A DNA stretch of 64,000 nucleotides from Felis catus (GCF_018350175.1 NC_058368.1:90770001-90834000), one strand, 5' to 3'; positions 49,005-61,132 are shown, counted from the first letter of the stretch. The notes: generated by a model not told the origin, from the sequence alone. Program-made: numbers and translations.

Positions 49005-50682
49005 CTACTGATGCTTAAAGGGATACATGTTCCCTGTTACTGATGGGGAGGCATCCTGTTTCCGTCTCATGTCCTGGTCCCATATCCTGGATCCCATGTC
49101 TTGTTCTGTCAATCTCTGCTCTCCAGCCTTCTAGGATGAGTTTTTTTCCCCAAATGATCATGTGGGGCCTAGTTTCATGTGTTGTTTCCTGGAACAAGGG
49201 AGAAGTTGTGGTCAAATTTGGGACATTCAATCCCTCTCCTGAATTCCTGACAAAAAAATCCTCTTGGGGTGATGTCCAAACCCTTTAAGACTGGCTGAGT
49301 CACCCCCCACCCCTTTTACCCATGGAGCTCCACGTTGGAGGCATTCAAACAGCTCCCCTCCCCTACCAGGTCACATGCTTTGACACCTGCCTGCCTTGGC
49401 ACAGGTCTCCCACCAGAGAGGGAGAGGGACCCTGCAGGGACGGAATGTGTGTTTGTTCTCTTCTGAAGTTGCAGACTGTTTCATGAACACCAGGCTCCTC
49501 CAGGCATGTCTCTTGCTCTGTGATAGGATCTCCCTCCATTATGCAAATGGGAGGCAAGACATTGTCGTGGTTTTGGGGCATGAGTATGAAGACAGTTTTT
49601 CCGAGTGGCTTTAAAAACTGCCTCACCCCTTGTGGATTAGAGTTGGTCTCTGACGAGGAAGGGGAGTGGTGCTGGGTTAACCGAGTATAATCACGGGAAT
49701 CTTTCTCCTTCCAAGGAGCCTGTTTCTAGAAGATCCCTCTGCAACCTCTGAGGAGGCCCCTGCTTTCGAATGAGTTCTGGACCTGGTCTGCAATGTTGGT
49801 TTTGCCTGTATGAGCACCACCTCCCTCGGGGCACCCTCAGAATGGCGGGCACTCCTGATGCATTGCTCAAGAGCGCCACACAGGTCTGCTGCCACCCATG
49901 TCTCTATCCGTGCTTTTGGGTGGGACTCAACAGTGTGGACCTGGCTGGTTTGGCGAATGGCTGTCCTTGTGCGACACAACCAGAGAGGGTATTTGCCTAT
50001 GAGCACGGTGTACTCCTCTGCTTGGCAGCCAGCCCAGTCGCCGGGTTATAGTTCTTCCTCTTACCCTGCTCCAGTTGGGCTCCTCCCCCTTCGGACTCTG
50101 TTCATTGGGCTCCTCCACCTCCCCCAGTTAGGCTCCTTCCCGTCTGGACGCTCCCCAATGGGCTCCCTCTCTGGAGGCTCCCCCCAGCGGAGGTCCTCCC
50201 CCTCTGGACTCTCCCCAGTGTGCTCCATCTCGGGACCCTCCCCCAGCTGGGCTCTCCCTCTCTGAGGTCTGCTCAGTGGGCTCCTCTCTCTCCCCCAGCT
50301 AGGCTCCTCCCCCCTTCTCTTAGCTGGGGTCCTCCCATTCTGGACTCTCCACTGGGCTCCTTCTCTGGACCCTCCCTCAGCTGGGCTCCTCCTTGTCTGG
50401 ACACGGAGGCTCGGTGAGTGGGTTTAAAGTCTCATAGGGGGGGCTCCTATTTCTGGGCTCTCCACCCTGGCCCAGGAGCATTGCTGCAGTGCTGCCCCAT
50501 GGGGCCTTAGCTGAATGTTAATTGCATGTGGAGGGGCCCAGTGTAGAGGAACACTGCAGATATTGTGCAGACAAATTCTTACACAGTTAAAGTTCCCTCG
50601 TCAGTGAAGTCCTCTCTGAGCTCGCTCCAGCCAAGTTCAGAAGAGCCAGAAGCTTTTCTCAGCACTTCAGATTTGGTAGGTG
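49005..50682 (-). pseudogene. Putative large pseudo-exon with internal degenerate tandem repeat
   Basis: TTATTTATCCCAG|CA acceptor; 1.7 kb free of recognisable TEs with serial minus-strand ORF fragments (QFLKPLGK, NVLPPICI). Confidence 0.5.
50065..50400 (-). repeat. Degenerate ~21-27 nt tandem repeat (GGAGCCCA..TGGGGGAG..TCCAGA)
   Basis: About a dozen diverged units; would encode EEP(S/N)WG / ESPEGE-like peptides. Confidence 0.75.
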
Positions 50683-51224
50683 CTGGGATAAAATAACCAG
50701 CTGGAGCAGTGGTGAGTCTTGAGAGCACACCCCTGAGTGTAGACCTTTGCCCTCTCTCCTCGGACTCTCAGCAGCGTCTGACCCCTCTTCCTACTCTGGA
50801 TCCACCTGGTTGCTCTGCCCTCATCCTAGGCTGGGTCACAGATCACCCAACTGACCTGGCCCGTCTCCATGGCCTCTTCACTAATTCTCACTTCTGCTCT
50901 GGCATATGCATTGCACTGTCCATATGGGAGTGAGAATAATATTTTAAAAATATGAATGGTGAAAACCCTCCAAAGGCTTCCCAGGACCCTCAGCATAAAG
51001 CCCAAACCTCACTGTGGCTCTGTCCTTACCTCCCGTCTCCACTCTCCCTCACTAACTGTGCACCAGCCACGCAAAGCTCCTGTCTCTTGTTGCTGCCTGA
51101 GGATCTTGGCTGTTCCCCAGTTTGAAAGAACTCTCTGCAGATCTTCCAATGATGGCTGCTTCTCCCCATTCAGGTCTCAGCTCACATCACCTCTTCAGGG
51201 AGGCTGTCTCCTCAATGTACTACT

Positions 51225-52250
51225 TGCTTATTCATTCAACAAACAAATATTGAGTCCCTTCTAGGTCCCAGACACTGAGCCTATAGCAGTGAGAAAACAA
51301 AAGTGAACAAAGTCTGTGCCCACAGAGAGTGTACACGCTGGTGGGTGTGGACAGAAAACAGACAAATAAATGCATAGAATGTCATATGATCTTATGTGCT
51401 AAGAAGTTGAAGTCGGTGAGGAAGTTAGTGCTGCAGTTACGGTGGAGTAAGGAAGTGGCTGCTAGTATTGGGTGGCCAGAGAAGTTCTCACTGGCAGGGG
51501 GACAGTTGAACTGACACCTGAAGAAAACGAGGAGGTGGCCATACAGGCATCTGGTGGGAGTGGGTTTCAGGCAGAGGAGGTGGGAATAGGCATGCCCTAC
51601 TTCAGGAAGAGCAGAGAAAGCAGAGCGGGAAGCAGAGTGAGTCAGGGGAAGGGAAGGGGTCAGAGATGAAGTCTGAAAGGCAGCTGCTGGATCATGTAAA
51701 GCTGTAGATTATGGGGAAGGCTTTAGCTTTTACTTGGAGTGAAATGGAAGGTCTTGGGCAGAAGAGGGACAATGACTTTTAAAGTTTTGACACATTAAAA
51801 AAATTTTTTTTAATGTTTTTATTTATTTTTGAGACAGAGAGACAGCACGAGCAGGGGAGGGTCAGAGAGAGAGGGAGGCACAGAATCTGAAGCAGACTCC
51901 AGGTTCTGAGATGTTAGCACAGAGCCCGATGAGGGGCTCGAACTCACAGACTGTGAGATCATGACCTGAGCTGAAGTCGGACGCCTAACCAACTGAGACA
52001 CTCAGGAACCCCGTATTTTTGAAGGTTTATTCTGGCTCTGGTTTGCATGGTAACACAACGTGGGATAATAGCAGGGAGACCATTGCTTTCATTTGGCGAG
52101 TAATGGTGGTGGCTTGCGCCAAGGTGGGGTGGTGGATGTATGCGATGTGACTGGATTCTGGATCTACTTTCAAGGCAGGGCCACCAGGATTTGCTAGTAG
52201 ACTGGCTGTGGGTGTGAGAGAATGACTCCATGGCTTCTCACTGCCGTGAG
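51225..52250 (-). mobile_element. L2 (antisense) split by a Can-SINE (51795-52012, minus)
   Basis: ttcattcaacaaacaaatattgagt terminus; ggattctggatctactttcaagg..ccaccaggatttgct. Confidence 0.85.
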
Positions 52251-52927
52251 GTGTCACAGCTGGAAAGTGTCTGGCGGGTGAGTTTGCTGTGTGTGGAGGA
52301 AAGGCCCCTGTGAAGAGACACTGCATCCTGGACAGCTCCCAACTAATCCCAGCTGGGGTTGTGGGGGGCCGCCTGTGGGGCAGTAGGAACAAGACAGTGG
52401 TAGGGACCTGGGCTGGGATCGGAACATGCAGAGAGGCGCCGGCTGTGATTCTCAGCTGTTCTTTGGGAAGCTGGCATGGGCTTCTTTTTTTAAATTTTAA
52501 TTAATTTTTTTAAGCTGCTGCCTGGCCCTTCTGCAACCCATTTCCATTCCTTCTTCCTAAGCTGATGCATCCATCAGCCCCTCCTTCTGGTCAAAGAAGG
52601 GCATGGCCCTGTTAGAAGGGGGCTGGCCCTTGAGCTGCCTTCACCTTTGAGGGCCTGGAAGAGCCATAGGATGTTCGAGCTAGGATTCTTTGCTGCAAGT
52701 GTCAAAAGCAAGACTAAACCAGTTCAAATGCTCTCAGAACCAAACAGGTACCTGGGCACTAGTAATGGCATGCCAGAACTCTCCGCTGTCTGCCTTTGGG
52801 GCCTCCCTGAGGCCAGCTTCTCACTTAGGGTCCTGACACCTGCAGACATATATTTCAAAACCTTTCTACCAGGAAGAAATGACCCGTAGCCTTAGGTCCA
52901 GTTAAAAAAAACCACTGGGGAGGGGGG

Positions 52928-53075
52928 TGGTGCCTAGGTGGCTCGGTTGGTTACGTTTGACTCCTGATTTTGTCTCAGGTCACGATCTCACGGTTTGTGA
53001 GTTCAAGCTCCATGTCGGGCTCTGCGCTGACAGCTCAGAATCTGCCTGGGGTTCTCTCTCTCCCTCTCTCTGCCC

Positions 53076-53107
<32 letters not shown>

Positions 53108-53170
53108 AAAATAAATAAATAAACTATAAAATAAAATAAAATAAAATAAAATAAAATAAAATAAAATAAA
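52928..53170 (+). mobile_element. Can-SINE with (AAAAT)n tail
   Basis: TSD-like cac(t/c)ggggaggg. Confidence 0.94.
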
Positions 53171-53479
53171 GCACCGGGGAGGGATGCTAATTGGTCCAGC
53201 ATGGGCTGCAGCAGGGGGAAAACACTGTTTGATTGACAACTCCTCTTCCAACCAGAACCAGGCATTTTCCCAGAGGGCAAGGTGTGAGCTGGGCAGGGCA
53301 GGATTATACATAAGATGTTCCCTGCATCAAGGTTCCTCAGCTTGTGGCTGGAGCCCTCCTCACAGCTTCCCAGAAAAGACAAAGAAAACCACCCATGCCA
53401 TAATTACCAAGGACATATTGGAACCCCATACTCCTGGCACCAGTTATTAAACACCTACCAGTGATGTCTATGTATCCAC

Positions 53480-53700
53480 ATGGACAGGTTCTGGGCCGGG
53501 CGCTTAAGATTAGTTATTTGTCATTCTGGTGATGATCCTGCACAGGTATGAATCTTCCCATAGGTAGGTCTGTCTCCTTTTTTTGTATGAGGAAACTGAG
53601 GCTCAGAGACCTAATGTGGCTATAAGAGACCAGGCCGTCAGCCTATCCAGAGTCAAATCAGGGTCGGGATCTTCCAAGCTCCCAAACCTGACTCTTCTCT
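53480..53700 (-). mobile_element. MIR
   Basis: atgaggaaactgaggctcagaga. Confidence 0.7.
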
Positions 53701-54390
53701 CCAAAAACATTCCTACCCAAGGACAAGGCTAAATGGAAAAAGAAGATTCTTGGAAATCAAACAATAAATTGTAAATCAAAGAAAAGGCCAATAAATGAGC
53801 CAGATGAAACAGGTTGGCAGCTTCCACAATAAAAGGTGGAGCTAAACCAGGAAAAGAGCTGCAAAGATTTTTAAAAGTGTAAAGTATAGGGGTAAATAGC
53901 AATAGCTAACAGAACAAAGAAGACAGAAGAAATCATAAAGCAGAGTACTTAAAAGTACGTCGTGACTCTGGCTGGGAAGGGCTGGTAACAGTCCGGATGA
54001 GCCTGGGGTGGGCTTCTGCCTCCCGCCTCCTCCCCCAGGGGCCAGGGATGGGCACCCCCACCCGCCAGAGTGCCAATGGAAGGTCTCCCAGCCAGCCAGG
54101 CTCGCTGGGCTCTGGAATTGGGTACCCTGACCACACAGGCTGATGTCTCACGATGGCCCTGGCCAGACAGGGGTGGGCCCGAATCTTCACTGGACCTATT
54201 TTGGTAGCTGATCTCAGTGCATGAGAATAATACTTTCCCGATTCGACATAAAGCATCCTGCACATGCATTTATTTACAGACGCTTGTCAAACCTTAGCTA
54301 TTCACATTTCAGACAGGCCTCCCTGCAGTTCGCCCTGATCTAAGAGGATTAACCGGCTGCTTGGAGGGTGGAAGAACCCAGGGGACTCAC

Positions 54391-54745
54391 TTGGTGGGGT
54401 CTTTGACCTGGACACCTTTCTCAGCCCCGCCCACTGGGGGGTCAGGCTGCAGCCCAGGAGGTGAGCCCACGGGAGCCCCGCTGCATGGAGGCTGCAGGTT
54501 CAGTAGCTCAAGCTGGGACTGGCTGGGCTCCGGCATCTGAGAACAGCATCTTCTCAGGATCTTGCAGACAAGGGGATGCGCGTGTTGTTGCTGGGATACG
54601 GTGGAGCCCTGGGAAGCGAGGCCCAGCTGCTTGCGGGCCATGGCATTGATTTTTACCAAAGGACTCTGCTCCTGTGTCTGGGCAGGCCTGGGGCCCCGAG
54701 AGCTGGGGTTGGCTGCCGGGGGGGGGGGCTCAATTCTGAGCCGAG
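54391..54745 (-). pseudogene. Putative exon, 355 nt, fully open (phase 1-2)
   Basis: CTTCTCTTTCAAAG|CT acceptor, CAA|GTGAGT donor; 117 codons without a stop (RLRIEPPPPAANP...VQVKDPT). Confidence 0.55.
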
Positions 54746-54959
54746 CTTTGAAAGAGAAGCCCCTTGGGGGACTGGCAGTCCTGGAAGGGCAGGGACTGTG
54801 TTAGCCCAAACATGCCACTCTCTGGTCCTCCCTCCCTTATCCAGCACCTTCTCTGTGCCAGGCATCAGGAAGGGGACGGTTCACTCTTACCTACACGGAC
54901 CACCTCTCTCTAGCAGGCACACAGTATGGATGCTGAGGAGGCAGCGGCCGCAGTGAAGG

Positions 54960-55129
54960 GAAGCTGACAGCACTATGGCTGGGTGACCTTGCACAATTGC
55001 CCTAACCTCTCTGAGCTGCTGTTTTCTAATCTGTAACATAAGGATGATAAAAACAGTGTACACCTTAGAGGGTTGTTGAAAGAAAGAAATGAGATAAAGG
55101 CTAAGGAACTTAGGATATTGCCTTACACA
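54960..55129 (+). mobile_element. MIR
   Basis: ggctgggtgaccttgcacaattgccctaacctctctgagc...gagggttgttg. Confidence 0.75.
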
Positions 55130-55346
55130 GGGGCACCTGGGTGGCTCAGTTGGTTGAGCACCTGACTCTTGATTTTGGCTTAGGTCATGATCTCATGGTT
55201 CGTGGGTTCGAGTCCCACATCAAGCTCTGCTCTTGCTGATAGTGCAGAGCCTGCTTGGGATTCTGTCTCTCTCCTCTCTCTGCCCCTCCCTGACATGTTC
55301 TCTCTCTCTCTCTCTCTCTCAAAAAATAAATAAACTTAAAAAAAAG
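55130..55346 (+). mobile_element. Can-SINE
   Basis: TSD atattgcctta(c/t)a. Confidence 0.95.
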
Positions 55347-55379
55347 AATATTGCCTTATACATAATAAATGCTGGACAA

Positions 55380-55760
55380 GGGTTATGGGCTCAAGTGTGT
55401 CCCCCCCAAATTTCATGTATTAAAGTCTCAACCCCAAGGACCTCAGAACATGACAGTATTTGGAGATAAGATCTCTACAGAGATAGTAAAGTTAAAATGA
55501 GGGTGTTAGGGTGGCCCTAATCCAGTGTGACTGGTGTCCATATAAGAAGAGGAGATTAGGACACAGGCATAGAGGAAAGGTCATGTGAGGACACGGATCA
55601 GAGACAGCCATCCCCAAGCCAAGGAGAGAGGCCTCAGGTGGAGTCAACGCTGCTGACACCTTGATCGTGGACTTCTAGCCCTCAGAACTGTGAGGAACTA
55701 AATGTCTGTTGTTTGGGCCACCCAGTCTGGCACTTTGTGATGGCAGCTCCAGTATCGAAC
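55380..55760 (+). mobile_element. MLT1A/B-type LTR
   Basis: ttatgggct..tgtgtccccccaaatttcatgt...gacttctagccctcagaactgtgag. Confidence 0.9.
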
Positions 55761-56507
55761 GCAAGTATTAACTCTTGTGGTTATTCCCATGCCCCAGGGG
55801 CACACAGCAAGGACTGGGGAGTTTGTGGATGGAACCCTCAGGAGTAGACGACCCCTATGAAATGGCAGGCTGCAGAGAGTGAGCCAGAGGCCCTCTGTGC
55901 TGTGGGAGTAGCTGCCCTGGAGGAGGGGGGGGGAGGGGCATGTTTCTGTGGTTGCCATCTGTAAATGTCATTGTATGCCCTGCAGCTCTGCCACTTGCCT
56001 CCTTCACACAACAGCATGAGTGGAAGTCTGTGCCAGTGGTCCAAAGGCTCTCCCTCTGTGCCGAGGGCAGCTGTGGGTTGACATCTTCATTGTTCCTGAT
56101 ATTTTGCTATACACACAGCACCGAAGGGAGCGATCTTGAGCTGGCCCCCTTGGGCATGCCGGCAAGCTTCGTCTTGCCAAGGTGGATATGAAGAACTACT
56201 GGCTTGTGGATTGTTAATTTTAATTTTAATACATTTTTCTTTTAGACTCATCTTTTTTATGGTGTCCTAAAACTTAGAGTAGTGGGTGAGCAGGGACTTC
56301 AGGCCTAGCACTGTGGTGGAGGAGGGGCCTTGGCGTCCCCTAAGGCAGGTCACTGCAAGAAGGCACTCTGAAGGGGCTATGATCCCATAACCCTTTTCTT
56401 CATATAGTGTCAGTGGGGGATGAGGTAGGCAGGAGAACATCCCTTCCAGCATACCCCCTAAAATCCCTACCTTAGGTGAGGGAAGCCCCATGTCCAAGCC
56501 CCCACTT

Positions 56508-56702
56508 CTTTTTTAATTTTTTTAAAAAAGCTTATTTATTTATTGGGGGGGAGCAGAGAGAGGAGAGGGAGAATCCCAAGTAGGCTTTGTGCTATCAGTG
56601 TGGAGCTTGACATAGGACTTGAACCAGGGAGCCATGAGATCACAGCCTGAGCCAAAGTCAAGAGTCAGATGCTTGACAGACTGAGCCACCAGGGCGCACC
56701 CC
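56508..56702 (-). mobile_element. Can-SINE
   Basis: TSD cccccacttctt. Confidence 0.94.
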
Positions 56703-56967
56703 AACCCCCACTTCTTCTGCCTTCTAGGTGGCGCCACATTGATAATCACCTCTTTGGTGATGTGCAAGCCAGGGCAGGCCCTGCTAACTGCTCTCCTCAA
56801 TTGCCATCATATATGAGACCTGGATTTGGGGTAGTGAAAGAGCAAATCTCAAACTTGACCCTGATGGGGGTCAGCCCTCCACCTCTTCACTCTCCACAAT
56901 TGGGAGGCCAAAGGAGGTCCATATCAAGTACTTCTTGGCCGTGGGAAGGACTGAAGACTCCAAATAC

Positions 56968-57000
56968 ATTTTTTTTAATGTTCATTTTATTTTTGAGAGA

Positions 57001-57040
<40 letters not shown>

Positions 57041-57196
57041 AGGGAAGGGGCAGAGAGAGAGGGAGAGAGAATCCCAAGCAGGCTCTGTGCTGTCAGCCCA
57101 GAGCCTGATGCGGGGCTCAACTCACAAACCATGAGATCATGACCTGAGCTGAAATCAAGAGGTGGACGCTTAACCTACTGAGCCACCCAGGTGCCC
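56968..57196 (-). mobile_element. Can-SINE
   Basis: TSD atacattt. Confidence 0.95.
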
Positions 57197-58555
57197 CTCC
57201 CTCCCCCCCATACATTTAATAGATCAGCTTGCTCCTGATCATATTCCCCCAGCAGCTTGGGAGAGGACCCACCTCCTCCAAGGGACTTGGCAATGCCCTT
57301 TTTGTCTGAGCAGAGACAAATGCTGGCTGGTGGTTTATGGGTACATTCCTGGCTATTGGTGAGGCCCTGAGTCGTTGCCCAGGTTTATGGCTATTGGCCT
57401 CCTGTTGAATGGGTCGGATTGGGCAGAGACTGGACGTGGGGACTGTAGGTGGAAGAGGCTCAGGCAAGGTAGAGAGGCAGGGACACATGAGGTGTTTTCC
57501 AGGAATAGGGACAGGAACAGAGGGCTGGAAGGGGAGACCCTTGATGGGGGAGAGGGTGTGGCAGCAATGTGCAGGGCTGGAAGTCCAGGGGAGGGCTTGG
57601 GCTCAACCTTGAAGACCCTGAGGGCAGCGGAAGTGAGGTGGAGGAGGGAGTCGGGTGGGTTTGAACCTGGAAAGGCACCTGGGCTGCTGAGCATGGAGGG
57701 AGAAGTTGCCTGGAGCATGAAAGGCAGTGGATCCGGTGTGGGGAGTGGCCTAGGAAGCCATCTGGAGGCAACCCCAGCAAAGCAGACAACTGGCTGGAGG
57801 TTGGGGTGTAGATGGGGGGGGGGCTATGATGTGACAGCAGCACTGTATAGCACTGGCCCAGGTGGCCACCTTGCACTTCCTGGACAGTGGGCCCTCTGGG
57901 CTGTCACTTCCACTGGCTCTAATATGGCCTGTTGATGGTGACCAGCATCTACTGCCAGCAGCTGGCATCTACCTCCAGGCTGACCGGTGTCCCATGGCGG
58001 AGGTATTCCTCAAGCTTACCCCAAGTTGGGGAGTGGGTTTCCTCCAAGCCATCTGTGCTAACTCTAGCTGTGAATGTCTCCCTAACCTACAGAGGGAGCC
58101 CTTGTAGAAAGAGGGCTGGAGCAGCAGGTCCCGCTGGGGGACCCTGGTGCCACCCAGTGAGACAAGGGGAGTATGGGAGATGAAGCCTGTTGGGGTGGGA
58201 AATGTGGCTTTAGAGTCTGTCAATTGTTGGCGTAGTCTCAGTATTTTTCTGGGAATTCCGTGTCAGGGAATTCATGGTGACCAGGCTTGGAGGGGAGGGG
58301 AGCATTGCCTTGAAGCCAGGAAGGGCCACCTGCCAGTCCGAGTCTAGCCTCTCCCATGTGCGAGAGGCAGGCAGGGGAACAAGGTCGGTAGGAATGTGTT
58401 TCCTGGTCAACTCTTGGTATGTGACTCTCGTCCACCAAGTGCTGCCTATTCTTTGGATTTCTTCTTTGGAGAAATCCCCGGGGCTGAGTGGGCCACATGG
58501 TCAGAGGTTACCTCCCTGTAGTTTTACAGCGTTCACCCAGAGTGTGTGGTGCCAC

Positions 58556-58559
58556 TGTG

Positions 58560-58597
<38 letters not shown>
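58556..58597. repeat. (TG)n microsatellite
   Basis: TG run. Confidence 0.97.
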
Positions 58598-58599
<2 letters not shown>

Positions 58600-58877
58600 T
58601 TATGATGAGTCCAGAGTCCCAGTCCCTTAGAGAACGTGATTGGGGACAGCCACACCCAGACCCTGCTGCTCAAGGGGCTTGCATACACTCTGCTTCCTCT
58701 CCCTGCAGAGTCCTGGTCCTGAGGGTCTGCCCTGGGAAGCTTGCCCACGAAGCAATGCTTTGGAGTGGACAGCTGCTTCCCTAGTCATCACCCTGGTCCT
58801 CACCATCCCTGCATGTCAGCCTGAAAATCCGCATGAGGCCCATTGGTCAGGTGGTGGAAGTGAAGCTCTGAAGGTTT

Positions 58878-59768
58878 CTTTTTCTTTTCTTTTCTTTTTT
58901 TGAGGTTATGATTTCTTTCAATTTTTTAAAAATTTGTTTTCAAGTTAGTTAACATACAGTGTAGTCTTGGCTTCAGGAGTAGAACCCAGTGATTCATCTC
59001 TTACATATGACACCCAGTGCTCATCCTGAAAAGTGCCCTCCTTGATGCCCATCACCTGTTTAACTCACCCCCTACTCACCTCCCCTCCAGCAACCCTCAG
59101 TTTGTTCTCTGCATTTAAGAGTCTCTTATGGTTTGCTTCTCCCTCTGTTTTTATCTTATTTTTCCTTCCCTTCTCCTATGTTCACCTGTTGAGTTTTTCA
59201 AATTCCACATAGGAGTGGAATCATGTGATACTTATTTTTCTCTGACTTATTTCTCTTACCATAATATACTCTAGATCCACCCACATTGTTGCAAATGACA
59301 AGATTTCATTCTTTTCCATTGCTGAGTAGTATTCCTTTGTCTATATATACACCACAGCTTCTCAATCCATTTATCAGTTGATGGACCTTTGGGCTCTTTC
59401 CATACTTTGGCTATTGTTGATAGCTTTGCTATAAACATTGGGGTGCATGTGCCCCTTTGAATCAGCATTTTTGTATCCTTTGGGCAAATACCTAGTAGTG
59501 CAATTGCTGGGTTGTAGGATAGTTCTATTTTTAATTTTTTGAGGAACCTCCAGTTTTCCAGAGTGGCTGCACCAGTTTGCATTCCCACCAGCCGTGCAAA
59601 AGGGTTCCTCTTTCTCTGCATCCTCGCCAACATCTGTCGTTGCCTGAGGTGTTGATTTTAGCTATTCTGACAGTTGTGAGGTGGTATCTTATTGTGGTTT
59701 TGATTTGTATTTCTCTGATGATGAGTGATAGCGAGCATCTTTGCATGTGTCTGTTAGCCATTTGGATG
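58878..59768 (-). mobile_element. 5'-truncated carnivore L1
   Basis: ORF2 C-terminus ([22 protein letters not shown]), 3'UTR, TSD ctgaa(g/a)gttt. Confidence 0.95.
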
Positions 59769-60166
59769 CTGAAAGTTTTGGTGATGGGACCGGAAGAACC
59801 CACTACCCTACCCTGTCTCGCCACCTACATCTGAAAGGCAAAGGCGGCATGGGCTGGACACTAGCCCTGAGAGGAGAGCTGGGGGCAGGGGGTGAAGAAG
59901 AGAAAGGCCCAGGTCCCACAGTCTAGGCTGAGAAATACCCTGGAGGTGGCAACGAGGGTTAGCCAGGATCTTCTGGTGAGTTCCAGTCCCTCAGACCCCG
60001 AGATGATGTTGATGGTGCTGTTCCTGGCTGGCCTTCGGTGCTCTGTGCATGTGAGGGCACCTCAGGTTCTCTTTGTGGGGGCCTGGGTCTACATCTCCTG
60101 AGTCTGTGTCGGGGGCTGGGTGATGTGAATAGAGAGCCAGAGCCCTGAAGTTTCCAGGCTGTTGGC

Positions 60167-60178
60167 CCACTAGGGGGC
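60167..60178 (+). promoter_or_regulatory. CTCF core motif
   Basis: CCACTAGGGGGC matches CCASYAGRKGGC. Confidence 0.45.
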
Positions 60179-60962
60179 CTATTAACCTTTTCATTAATCA
60201 TCTGGGCATCGGAGGACACCTTCATCAGAGCCCGAACTAGCCCACTGGAGGCCGTTCTGAGCATCTCAGCAGTGGGGAAATACCAGGAGGTACAGGGTCT
60301 GTGGGATACAGGGTGGAGATTTGAGGGTGGGAGCTGAAAGGTCTCCTCTCAGGAGAACCTGGTTTCTCTGTCTAGCGCTGGAGGCCCTGAGGGAGAGCCC
60401 CCCCACACCTGACCTGTTCAGTTTGCTGACTTCCTCCGTGTCCTCACCCAGGCTGGCCCTTCAGAAATCAACAGTCTCATGGTCGCTTTACACCTTACTG
60501 CTGTGTCTTTTCAATACCTTTAGGTGTCCTGTCCAGCATATTGGTCACTATTTCAGTCTTGTTCAATAATAAGGCACCTTCCTCCCTGCCTCAGGGACTC
60601 TTCGCCAGGGAAGGGATGGCGTGTCTCTGTCTCTCACTTCCTCCACCACCCAGCAGGGAGAAGAGGGTGGCACAGTGTGGGAGCAGGGCTAGCTGGGAAG
60701 GTTCACAGGTAAGGGTCACTGCTGAGACACAGCTCTGCCGTTCACAGATTCTTGGAGCCTCTCCCCCAAGCCCTTGGGCTCCTGTGTCCTTTTGTGCAGG
60801 CAGGAAGTCTCCTGCCAGCTGCTCCTGACCTCACTCTGACTGGCAGGCCAGCCTCCTGGGGCAGGACTCCCTCTTTGGGGTTCAATCACACCCTATAAGA
60901 GAGTGAGGGGTCACAGGGTCACTGAACTGGTTCTTGGAAATTGCCTTTGAAAACCTGCTCTA

Positions 60963-61132
60963 GGGGCACCTGGGTGGCTCAGTCGGTTAAGTGTCTGACT
61001 TCAGCCCAGGTCATGATCTCATGGCTCTTGAGTTCAAGACACGTGTTGGTGTCTATGCTGATGGCTCAGAGCCTGGAGCCTGCTTCGGATTCTGTGTCTC
61101 CCTGTCTCTCTCTGCCCCTCCCCCCTGCTGAT

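Larger units (their letters stand above)
356..60264 (-). pseudogene. Candidate decayed multi-exon gene (unitary pseudogene), unknown low-complexity protein
   Basis: About 15 non-repetitive minus-strand blocks, most with polypyrimidine-AG acceptors and GT donors. Several junctions are phase-compatible, stops are sparse TAG/TGA/TAA, and the frame is restored after TE removal at 46.6-47.1 kb and 17.9-18.8 kb. No homologue recognised; could be two adjacent genes. Confidence 0.55.
55780..60264 (-). pseudogene. Putative large first coding pseudo-exon(s), interrupted by an L1, two SINEs and (TG)n
   Basis: ATG at 60264 (GAGATGC) opens 101 codons; ~3 kb of unique sequence with successive Pro/Ser-rich ORF fragments (LSLPQIQ, SLPSV, QLPSA); many stops and frameshifts. 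Confidence 0.38.

Noticed and set aside
49541..49548. Octamer ATGCAAAT (also near 7018, 28125, 47631)
   Set aside because: A few 8-mer hits in 64 kb, some inside repeats, are near chance expectation.
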